Shown here piece after piece: positions 50,446 to 60,980 of a stretch of DNA of 64,000 nucleotides. A program made the translations under genes and the position numbers. Origin of the DNA: Selaginella moellendorffii. Lineage: Eukaryota; Plantae; Lycopodiophyta. The notes below the pieces were generated by a model that had not been told where the DNA came from, did not search any database, and was given only the letters and a program-made list of their open reading frames with translations. Position 1 is the stretch's first letter; the number at the start of each line of letters is the position of its first letter. The stretch is taken from contig NW_003314366.1 in NCBI RefSeq assembly GCF_000143415.4, positions 462,132 to 526,131 on the forward strand, written 5' to 3'.

Positions 50446-53400
50446 ATGGCCTTCAGGGTTGGGGAAAAGGTTTACATTTTGAATGGTGGGAAGAGAGTTG
50501 CAAAAGGGACCCTTGTGTCTATGGATCGGAACTTTGTTATACACTCTGAAAGGCTTGGGGAAGGCAATGCTGCTGTATCAGTAGAGACTGTCTTCGATGG
50601 GAACGTGGTCGCTATTGAACGAGGAGAGATGGTCGTCGGGGTAAATGTTGTTGTTGCCTTGAAAAATCTTCAGAAGAAAGCAGATGTTGGGGACAGCGCA
50701 AGTGCGACGCATGTTCCCTCCGTGGATCTTAAGAACCGTGCTACATGGATTCAGGCAAAAGTGTTTCTAAACAACCCCGAGGGGGAGGTGGTAGCTGAGG
50801 GCTTAGCCACAGTTGTCGATCCAAGAGATGCGGTTGCTAATCAAGAATTGGGCTGGGATGATATTGGAGTTGCGATTTTAGAGGTTGTTGACACAGAAGA
50901 AAACAGTCTGACTATTGGAAGCATTGTGCGGTGGAAATTGAGGCACTTAGTGTTTGAGAATGTGAAGGATTCACAATCAAACACCACTACAACTGATGAC
51001 AGAACATCTCTTCATGGGAAAAGAAAGTACACCTTCCTAAAGCGCAGCCAAAGGGATCTGAGCAACGAACCGAAAAGGCAGAAAATGGCGATGGAGGTTC
51101 GAATGGTCTCGACAGTTGCTTGTTGCAAGAGGAGGTGCTGTCAACATGCTGATTGGGATGCTATTGAAGAGGAGAGAGCAAGATACAAGACATTGTCCTG
51201 GAAGGCAGCTCGCAATTTTGTGTATGAGGCATTACGGTCATCTGTTGATGCTTCAGAACATCAGGTGGGGGGCATGGTCTTCCAGAGGGGTTTGGTCTGC
51301 ATGAAGGCATGGAGAATCATTTATGGAGTCCCTCGAAGCACATTCTACAGAATCAAAACTGAGTTCGAGGAACAAAGGGTTCAACAGGTAGTCCATGGGA
51401 ACGACGGTACGCACAAAACCAGGGGTCATGTTGTATATGGAGAGGCAATCTTCAAGAGGTTTGTCGAGACATGTAGCGAGCAGCAACCACATAAAACCCG
51501 CCTCTTGGAAGATGGAACACGAGACACCCAACGAGTTCTCCCTTCCATGTATACCAAGGGGGCCATATTGGAAGATGTGAATCGGGAACTCCAGAGTAAT
51601 GGCTACAGGAAGCTGAGCCAATCTAGATTTAGTAGATTGTGGAGCAACAGGTTCAGGGATGTGAGTATAGGAAAGTACTCCAGCTTTTCAAAGTGTGACG
51701 AGTGCACTGCTATCAAAATGGCTTTGTCGAAGAATTCTTGCAGCGCTCAAGAGCGAGAGACGTTGGTTAGAAGGCGGCTCGACCACAACATCGAGCAGAG
51801 AAGCTGCAGGACTGCATATTATCATAACAGGATTCTCTCCATGGAGAGACCTGACTCTTACCTCTGCATCATCCACGACAAAATGGACCAGAAAAAGACG
51901 TGCTTACCTCGACTCAATCCTGCCCCCAAGGCAATCTCTTCATCCATGCAGCTGCCTGTGTCTCTGTTTGGCATAATCGCTCATGGGCATGGTGCCCAGA
52001 ACTATGGGAACTTCTTTGTACCTCTATGGGGTGGCGGGGGTGCAAACATGATGATTGCGTCCCTAGCAAAACACTTAAGGTCTCTGCAAAGTGCGCAGAC
52101 TGAGCTGAACGGCCAACCCTTGCATAAGGCCCTTGTCGATCGAACCCCATACAGGGTTCAGCTGGAGGAGGAGCAAAGGCTTGCAGTATCGCGTGGGGCC
52201 CCATGCCATCCCAGTGAATATGTTGGCCGTCAGATTGTAGGGTTATCACGTGAGGCCTCATGCCATTCCGACGAGGCTGGTCGCCCGGTGAATGCACAGC
52301 CTCATCCAAACGAAGCAGAATCTCAAGGAAGTTCTTGCGGCCGATGTGGCCTTCCACCCCATCTTCTGCTCCAAACAGACAATGCTGGCAGTGAGAACAA
52401 AAACATGTACGTCTTCGCGTACTTGGCGATGCTTGTTGCCAAAGGCATATTTGAAACGGTTACACTTGGCTTTCTCATGGTTGGGCACACTCATGAAGAC
52501 GTCGATGCCATGTTCAGTCACCTGGCAGAGTCCCTCCGGCGATCCAATGTCCTCACCCTCCCACAACTCTACGATGAATTCCAAAATTGCATCAAAGGCA
52601 CTGTTGAAGCTGCACTTCTGACAGAGGTTCCAGACTTTAAGGGGTTTGTAAGAGGCTACATCAGGGACGGATCCGAAACGCTGATTGGCCACTCCAAGCC
52701 TCTTCAGTTTCATTTCAGCATGCGTGACGGTGCTCCAGTGATGAGGTACAAGATGAGAGAATGGGACACAGTGTGGCTGCCAGTGGACGGCATTGAACTC
52801 TTCAAGAGAGATCCCATAACTGGGGAACCTATGATTTCTCAGGGTTCCCCACGGCCGATGCACCCGGATGGACTCAAAGACCAGGAAAGTATAGTGGCCG
52901 GGATTAGATAGCATATTGCCTTCTGGAAGAGGGGGTTGGTGTTTGGTGGAGAATCCTATTTTCAGAGGTGCAAGCCTTTGCTCGAATACTGGGAGAAGAT
53001 TATATCTGCTATCCAAAATGGGCCGGTTGTATATGAAGAATTGGAAGAGTCCTTTTGGCCAGAACCCAGAGCACCAGATAGTAGCGGAACAATGTCCTCT
53101 GGAAATGCAGTGACAGATAACGATGTTGAGGATCACTATTGTGGGCCGAGGAACAAGAAGCCGGATTCAGCATTCAATCCAGTACAGGTCTGCAAAGGAA
53201 TGGTCGTGCTTGTCAGACCCAGTAATAAAAAACAAATGATATGGGTGGGGCGCTGCATCACTGATGCAGAGGAGGACGCGGAAACTAACTCCTTCAATGT
53301 AACTGTGGAGTGGTTCAAGCCAAGTTCCGGATATACGAAGGATTGCCTAGAAAAGAGATGGGTGCTGAATCCAAGGGATCCCAGCATGAGCATATCGGTG

Positions 53401-53587
53401 GATAATGTTGTGCATGGTTGGATGCGGAAGCAGAGTGCCACCATCACCTTGCCAGACCATGCAAGAGATGCAGCAAGAGCATTCATAACTCGGGTTCAAG
53501 GTGAGATTCATTAATATTCCTTTACAAAGTTTCTAATGTATTTTATTTCAAGGTGAACAATCCGAATCTGAATCAGAGGAGGCTTGA
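50446..53587 (+). CDS. Sola-like DDD/E transposase with a single premature TAG at 52909-52911
   Basis: CCKRRCC and CDEC..H Cys/His clusters; HDKMDQ, QTDNAGSENKN and FLMVGHTHEDVD motifs. ORFs 50446-52911 and 52936-53514 are in the same frame. Probable last intron 53501-53552 with terminal exon GEQSESESEEA*. Confidence 0.85.
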
Positions 53588-53802
53588 TATAGTGTGTGAG
53601 GTAAAACAAAGATGATGTGACATATGCATTTACCAATCACACGTGCATAAATCTAATAATATGGCGTGTGGCCCATATTAATGGCACATAAACCCATATT
53701 GTGGGCTTACGTGCTTTATGTACCATCATTCCCTTGCAGCGTGTGTGTTGGTTTCCTTTTATAACACAACGAACTCCATATTTTAGGGTGAAGAGCGTTC
53801 TC

Positions 53803-54060
53803 ATGGCAAGCACAAAATCTGTAAGTGAGGCAGAAAAGGAGACGGAGAAGGAGATAGGTGAAGATGTAGAATATATAAGTCTTCCAAACTCCCCGTACTA
53901 TACTCCAGGTGATCATTTTTCTGAACAAACGGCAACATTAACAACTATCGAGAACGCCCCAGTAACGTCAGAGACAACAATCCAAAGCAAAACAACTGAC
54001 CCGGAGAAGGATGATAGTACCGCTGAGAGTACCAAAAAGGAGGTGTCCACTAGCGCTTAG
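53803..54060 (+). CDS. Small 85-aa Ser/Thr/Glu-rich transposon ORF of unknown function
   Basis: Homologous to 60327-60572 (SLPxSPYY, NAPxTxETTIQSK, DSxAExTxK). Confidence 0.6.
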   Translation: MASTKSVSEAEKETEKEIGEDVEYISLPNSPYYTPGDHFSEQTATLTTIENAPVTSETTIQSKTTDPEKDDSTAESTKKEVSTSA

Positions 54061-56989
54061 GCTTATAATGGCGTGTGCCCTCATGCCATTTACTTGATCA
54101 CCAAATACCTTTTTCCCTTTGCACTAGTATATCTTAATACCGGTCTAAGAAATAGAATGGCATGTGCCCTCAGGCCTTTTACTAAATCACCTTTGAAAGA
54201 AATGCAAGCCTCTATGTCGTAAAAAAAAGGTACTAGAGAAATTCCTTAATAATATGAATGTTATTTAGTTTCATGAAAATACACTAAGGGTCAAATGAGT
54301 TAAATGACTTCTCCAGACTAGCAATGCCTCTTGCTACACCTTCACAATTAGATTCGTTAGAAAAAGATAACATTGAATAATATCTAAATGTTCTCACCAT
54401 TAAGTTATATGTCTGGCTAATAGGAATGATGTTCATCTTGGAAAGCTCACCACACGCTCAATGAACAAACAAATAGTGTGTGCGCGCATGCCATCGCTCT
54501 TCTTTAGCTTCAGATTCGGCTTGTTCACCTTGACAATGAGATTTATTATACAACTAGATGGACTCAGTCTGGACATAAGGTCACCGCGCTAGTCACCATG
54601 CCCCAGATATGTCTAGCCCCTGGACAAAAAACATATAATTTCACGTCATTTTCAAATACTTGAAAATTTGTACCTAGTCCCATTTTACTAAATAAATCCC
54701 ACTTTAACGAAATAGAGCTTCACTCCTTTGAAGTTGGCTTCTTCAACTAGGGTATTCGTTCCCCCAACTTGCCAATCTCACTTAGCAAATCATCCGGCCA
54801 CCGTAACATGGTTCATGCATAAGCGTGAAAGTCCTTAACCATCGACTTTCGTTCAAAGCCCTCTCTTTGAACACTCGGGAACTACTTCCCCAACTTTGAT
54901 AGCCTCGCCTCATGGCAAGCTTCAAGACCACGCTTCTGCTGTGCCACTCTGATTTCGCGCGTTCTATGAACCATTTACACTTGGCTTTCTAGGTATCCAG
55001 CTACCTAGAATTGTCTTTGGGAACCTTTCGAAGGAACTCTGTCCTTTTAGCTTGCTAAGGCCTCTCCTTTCGCAAGCTTTCCAATTGCCATATAGTCTAA
55101 CATGGATAATTCCACATTTTAGACTTTTCATGGCATCGCGGTTGCTAGTAACAACATCCTCGAGCACCCTTTTGATTCTCCACTCTCAACTTGCATAACC
55201 ACCATTGGTTATGCCCTTTGATTTCCATAATTCAATTCCATCCCAATACTACTTGCCCTTTGGCCTTATATGTTTCCTTTGGTTATTCTCTTTCAGACTA
55301 GAAGGATAACTTTGCACATTTTACCATGCCTTAGCAAGTATTCATAGGGATGAACCTATCCAATAGCTTAGAGAGTGGTTCCTTAATTTGGGCATGCTCA
55401 CCTTATAATCCCACACACCGGGATTACCGTTGCTACTTATGGGCCTCTATATGCCCATCACTAGCCTTGCCAAAATCCCTCTTTGGCTTTGTCCAATTTG
55501 GGTAGACGGACTTCTCCCATCTCCACAACCTTGGACATTTGGATAGCACCTCCTATCCTCATTAGCTAGGGACTTTGTCCCTTGGGCATTATCCATTCCC
55601 CTCATGACACTAAACACCACCTTCTAGTGTTTTAGAGTGCTTGGGTGTCCCAATGATGGCCTCTTTGGCAATGAGCATTCCCTTTACGACATTAACTTAC
55701 TATTTTGCAGCATAAGCAATTTATCCCTCATAAGGGTATATCTAACTTTTTTATCCCAATAAAAAGTCTTAGGTAGTTGCCTTCTACCCGTTTAACGAAT
55801 TATTTTGCACCTTTTGCTTAATTGCCTCATAGTTGTCAAGTCCTACAACTCATTGCCGGTGTTTCCACACCTCCATCATTATCTGGGTCACCACACTCTA
55901 ACCGCATGCTTTCTAGCTTAAGCTTTGCCATTCCCATTTCCATTGGGATTCCTTTGGACGAAGTTCTTATGAACCCGCTAACTTGACCTCAAGGCAGCAC
56001 GCCTTGGCACCTTCAGTGTCTCCACACCATCGGCTCCACGAGCCTATCCTTATAACACTACTTATTAGTTTAGGTCTTTGCCAAGACCAATATAGTTGTT
56101 CCTCATGCTAACTTTCCACTAGCACCGCACCATAGTGTTTGCACCCAACTCTAGGCCAAAGTTGCTTTCTTCTGGGAACATCTTTCCCACGACTTTAATA
56201 TGGCACATTCTGCCATCAATGAGATACTCCAAATGCTTCAACCAATCCCTTAGGACCATTCCCTGACTCCACTTGAGTCATCCAGCATTTTAGACTTTGC
56301 TAATCCAACGACCTGCGAGGTCTTAGTCTTCGAGGTGTCAACTCGCTGGAATACAACTTTTTGTATTCAGGTCTTGCTCACAAGGACCATCTTTGCAAGT
56401 GTTACTCCGACACTTGATTTGATCTCTTGGGGCAACCTTTTGCCCCTTAGGACCACTTGTCCATGTGATGAGAATACCAACTCATCCTCTGAGTACACCC
56501 CCAACTCCTTGGGTTGTTCCAGCATTTATTAGAGGTACCCCCGGCTACCATTTCAAGGACTTGTGTCCTCTTCTGTATTTGACCTCCCATGGTCATCAAT
56601 TCTGGTCTCAAAGTTATGAGCACCAGCCTCAACTATATGAGGGTAATCTTGTGACTCCTTTATTGTTTTGGAGTCTACATCTTTCCCGTGATCCCAACTA
56701 TAGTTGTTTACCACAACTACGTTAGCCCGTTTGCTGCGTCAAACGCTCATCTACATCACATCCTCAGCTCTCTGAGGAAACCTTATACTGTTCCCAAGAT
56801 CCCAAAGTCGTTCCATTATTGGCCCTTTTCTATCCACCACTTTGTCTATAAGTTCCCACATGAACTGTACTGGAGAGCCATGTCTTCTCGACCTGCTACT
56901 CCTCAAGGATAGGCCCACTCCTCAAACCTACCGATGCCAACACTAGTGGTGATATACTTGAGCACCAATAAAAGTCGGACTAAAGAACA

Positions 56990-57001
56990 GCTCCGATACC
57001 A
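56990..57001 (-). promoter_or_regulatory. Primer-binding site for initiator tRNA-Met
   Basis: TGGTATCGGAGC, 3 nt after the LTR end; canonical plant form is TGGTATCAGAGC. Confidence 0.9.
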
Positions 57002-57004
57002 AAT

Positions 57005-58803
57005 TGTAAGCGACTAATTTTTCCATTTTACTTTAGTCACTTAACTGCACCTCCGACCACTTGGAGGAGTCTCATTCACAACCTCCATAAGTCCCAGTTA
57101 GGACTTGGGGCTTGCCAGCCCTGAGAATGGCATCCATGCCACTCAACCTTTGCACTTGGTCCAAGTGCTCCACGTGTCCAATCTCATGACCGACACCCCA
57201 AGGTACCACCGACATACCAGCCCGTTACGCTAGGCCATGCCCATTCACCTTGGTCACACCGGTGGTCTAACGCCACCTACATCATAATCCCGTCTCTCGA
57301 AGACTGGGCCATCCGTCCATGAGCAATCATCCCAGATTTACTCCTTAGCATCCTTAGGCTGCCCGCAGACATGGGGAATAGCCTTCCCCGACAACTCTTT
57401 TCCAGTCCCCACCAAGTCCCTTTTAGTCCATGGCCATGTTCGCCAACACTGCCACTGGATCAAGGCCCGCAGGCCTGACCGCTAAGTCCCACTATCCTTT
57501 GGGACTTCCTCACCATGTGACCGTATCCTTGGTCACTGCATTAGAGGCCTACTCCTCTTCCCTTTCAACGTTTGGGACTTTGGGACAACATTTCGGAACA
57601 CCGTGGCCTTACGCAAGCCTCATGGGTACTCTCCCCGCCTTTCGCCTTTAGGTGCTCTAGCCATGGGGTTAGAGCGAGGTTCCGTTGAGCCACGACAGGT
57701 ATCCAAGTAGGTAGTGCCACCCACAATTGGACTGGGAGCATCGGCCAGTCGATCTCCCGGGGGAACTAGAGCCGGCTCTTGAACACTTCACCAAGCTACC
57801 CTACTTATCGGTCCGTGTTCACTCTAGTTTTGGACTTCCCAGTGGGCAGCTCATCACCCAACACTGGGTCCGGCCTTCCTGGGCCAAACTGGCCTTTCCT
57901 GGCCAAACTGGCTCCATTGCAGTCCTCCCCCTACTATACTTTTGGAGCTCACCAAACCCCCCAGGGTCTGGGAGACGAACGCTTTGGGCTTTCACCCTCT
58001 CAGACTCGAACTTGGACTCGGCCTCGGACTCGGACTCGAACTCGGACTCGGACTCGGACTCGGCCTCGGCCTCGGTCTCGGTCTCGGTCTCGGTCCCGAT
58101 CTCAGTCTCGGTCCCAGTCTTGACTTCGGACTCCATCTCGGGTCCATCTCGGACTCCATCTCGGACTCCATCTCGGACTCCACCTTGGACTCCATCTCGG
58201 GTCCTTCTCGGACTCCATCTTGGACTCCATCTCGGGTCCATCTCGGGTCCCATCTCGGGTCCATCTCGGGTCCATCTCGGACTCCATCTCGGACTCCACC
58301 TCGGACTCCATCTCGGGTCCTTCTCGGACTCCATCTTGGACTCCATCTCGGGTCCATCTCGGGTCCCATCTCGGGTCCATCTTGGGTCCATCTTGGACTC
58401 CATCTTGGGTCCATCTCGGGTCCATCTCGAACTCCATCTCGGACTCCATCTCGGACTCCATCTCGGGTCCATCTCGGACTCCATCTCGGGTCCATCTCGG
58501 ACTCCATCTCGGGTCCATCTCGGACTCCACTTTGGACTCCACTTCGGACCCCAACTCGGGTCCATCTCGGACACTTCCACGTATCATGTGTTGGTCCTTT
58601 TGGGTCCCTTTTTGGAGCCTCGCTTATGGCTCGCTTCGTGCTCGTTCCTCGAGCCCTTTGTTGGGAGTTCCACTCCCACTCTCGACCTTTCAAGTCGGGG
58701 CTTTTAGTCCAAATGTGTTACGCTCGTTTGGTTTTCGCTTTGGCCACCACCACATGGCACCCTTCCGGCTCCACTTTGGGGCCTAGGGATTTTGTGTCTC
58801 ACA
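57005..58803 (-). repeat. 5' LTR of element X (1799 bp) with hexamer and 11/12-mer arrays
   Basis: TGT...ACA ends; (GGACTC)n/(GGTCTC)n and (TCGGACTCCATC / TCGGGTCCATC)n arrays at ~58000-58575. Confidence 0.93.
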
Positions 58804-59426
58804 TAAAGACCACTTGAAAGATGCATTTCTTTTTGCAACAATTCTCTTTCACACAACCGGTCAAGTTGCCTTCATTCTCCCGAATGACCCCCATTGGATG
58901 TTCTACCTTATGAGGTATGCAAGTCAAGTCAACTTCAAGAGGTTTTCTTCCAAATGCATCATGGATAGTGTTGGGGTCGAGACCAAAGGCGTCTTAGGCA
59001 TGCCAGAGAAGGTAAGAAATCATCTTCTATTTTGGTTGTCTCTAAAGTTTTATTATTTAGGTTATGATGTGGATCTACCATGTGTTCTACAGAAAAGAAA
59101 ATGATGGTTTTTGTGATAGCAAGTGTGTTGCAAGGGTTTTGCCAGTGTATAATGGCCTTACTGACATCATACCAAATCTCATAGACAACAACATCCGCAA
59201 CACATTGTCTGGGTATCGGTTCCAATTTCTATTGGCAATGCATGTCCTACTTGAGCTTTATTGCCCAACTAGGGGTGTTGTCATCAATTGCACAGCAAGT
59301 AGTGGTTCGATGGTCAAAGTAGCACGTGACTCTGGTAAATCGGTGTTTGCAATTGAAGAATATGAGTTCTTCAAACGCCGTCTTAGAGGTTTTCGTCCTT
59401 CTCTATCAGTTGCTTCTAGGAGGTAA
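58804..59426 (+). pseudogene. 3' half of an N4/N6 (beta-class) DNA-methyltransferase-fold gene
   Basis: DHLKDAFLFATILFHTTGQV...EK, intron 59012-59060, then VMMWIY...LLELYCPTRGVVINCTASSGSMVKVARDSGKSVFAIEE, which resembles motifs X-I-II. Confidence 0.7.
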
Positions 59427-60326
59427 TTTATGATGTTTTAAAAACTTATATATAATATATATTTAGTTTTCTAGAAGTCTTCCTAGGTATGCATGGCACA
59501 TCATATGCAATGTGTAAATTGAGGAGTGGTATGAAAAATCTATTTATTAATGATACATTAAAAGACAATTGAATGCATCCACTTGCAATGAAAAAGATGT
59601 GTCACATGTCAATGTGATAATGATTGTGACAATGACAGTGTCAGTGCAGCAAATAGTGACAGTGATAGTGTTAGTGACAGAGATAGTGTCAGTGTCAGAG
59701 ATAATAGAGTTACAGTGTTAGTCTGTCAAATTTCATAATTACTAGTATTATGAGTTTATTATCTATAGGTAATACAATTTTGTTAATAAAAAAAAGGCAA
59801 GGGGGGGGGGGGGAATGGATATTATTATAGTGTAAGAATTATTAGTAGCTAGAATTTTCAGTAGTATGGCCTAAAAGTACCATATTCAACAGTTGTGGAT
59901 GTAGAATTTACTAACGGAATATTGTTCCTCACCATGAAATGATAATGATTGTGTATTCTTAACTCTTTCTTGATTTTCTTATACATCCATTTATGCACAC
60001 CTTCCACACCAGTTCTTGGGCAGTTGTGACAGTGCTCTAGAAAAGTTTCTAGACCCATACAACCTTCCGTTTTATCTAAATAAAAGTAGCAGATGGGACA
60101 CTAGAGATAATATGTGTTCATTTTTTCAAAAGTTTCAACCATATCTAGAGCAAGATCTTGAAGAAACATTTGACATCGCTCTTGAAGCACATAAGGCAAT
60201 CTATCTTTAGTAGCAACATTTAAAACATTATCTGGAAGAGGGATCTCTTGTTCAGTCACACTTGGGGCTAAAAAAACTTACTTTTTTGTATAATATTTTA
60301 GTGGATTACAAAAGCCATTGAAAGGT

Positions 60327-60572
60327 TTATAGAGTGGATTTATTAGTGTTTTCCGCTATGCTGTCCATTTCTTCTTTTCTCTTGCTCTGGATTGTTGTTT
60401 CGAAAGTAATAGGAGCATTTTTATCAATAGTGATAGTGCTTTCCACATTCCCGGATGGGTAATAAGGACCAGACATGTAATATGGAGATTGTGGTAGTGA
60501 AAAAAAATTAACATTCTCACATTTCTGTATGTTAGAACTATTTACAGATTTTTTGTCTTCCTTGCTTCCCAT
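60327..60572 (-). CDS. Small 81-aa ORF homologous to 53803-54060
   Basis: SLPQSPYY, NAPITFETTIQSK, DSIAENTNK. Confidence 0.6.
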   Translation of the reverse strand: MGSKEDKKSVNSSNIQKCENVNFFSLPQSPYYMSGPYYPSGNVESTITIDKNAPITFETTIQSKRKEEMDSIAENTNKSTL

Positions 60573-60980
60573 CTCTGTAAACCCTAAAGAATGAATGAGT
60601 GAATCAGTGTTTCAAATTATTTGTATATTTTTGGTCAATTATTGAAATGTTAAAATGTTGAAATGTATAATAGAAATTTTAGGTTCATTCGAACTTCAAT
60701 ATTCCCATTTTATTTAGAACCAATAAAGCCCAAAAATTTCTATGGGTTTAGACGAACTTCTAATTCTAGAAATTGTATAAATTGCATTGGAAAGATTCAA
60801 AAAATAAAAATCTCTCTGAACCATTGATACTTAAATTCATAAATTTCAAGTTCACCAAAGAATAACACTTTTCTGACTTAATATTTCCTTATAAGACTTA
60901 TGGTTGACTATGTTGACTAGCATTGATTTGAGCTGAATTGAGCTCAACTCGTGAGCTTAACTCAACTTTGGACCATCCCC

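Larger units (their letters stand above)
41558..54494. repeat. Dispersed 22-bp palindrome ATGGCRTGnGGCCnCAYGCCAT (~25 copies including variants)
   Basis: Copies start at about 41558, 41838, 42915, 42990, 44217, 44408, 44549, 46021, 47298, 47358, 47435, 48214, 48349, 48508, 48587, 49451, 49523, 49559, 50174, 50272, 50342, 52188, 52245, 53661, 54068, 54157, 54473. Confidence 0.92.
41463..54720. mobile_element. 13,258-bp cut-and-paste DNA transposon, probably Sola superfamily
   Basis: Perfect 24-bp TIR AAGCTCTATTTCGTTAAAGTGGGA (41463-41486 and 54697-54720); CACT directly on both sides; paralogous empty site at ~36460; encodes a transposase. Confidence 0.95.
38959..58803 (-). mobile_element. Young LTR element X, apparently non-autonomous; hosts the DNA transposon
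   Basis: 5' LTR 57005-58803, PBS 56990-57001, ~4-kb internal region with no long ORF, PPT-like GGGTGGTGGAGT at 39751-39762, first part of 3' LTR 38959-39750 nearly identical to 57735-58803. Confidence 0.9.
58804..60980. mobile_element. Terminal part of a second DNA transposon family, ending TTTGGACCATCCCC
   Basis: Last ~100 bp match the reverse complement of 63737-63825; old element X sequence begins exactly at 60981. Confidence 0.75.

Noticed and set aside
41558-54494. Palindromes as a CRISPR array
   Set aside because: Irregular spacing, located in introns and exons, no cas genes, eukaryotic context.
57727-58817. ORFs rich in LG, SD, PR or RT repeats (also at 6.5, 17.5-18.9 and 39 kb)
   Set aside because: Translations of stop-free LTR tandem arrays.
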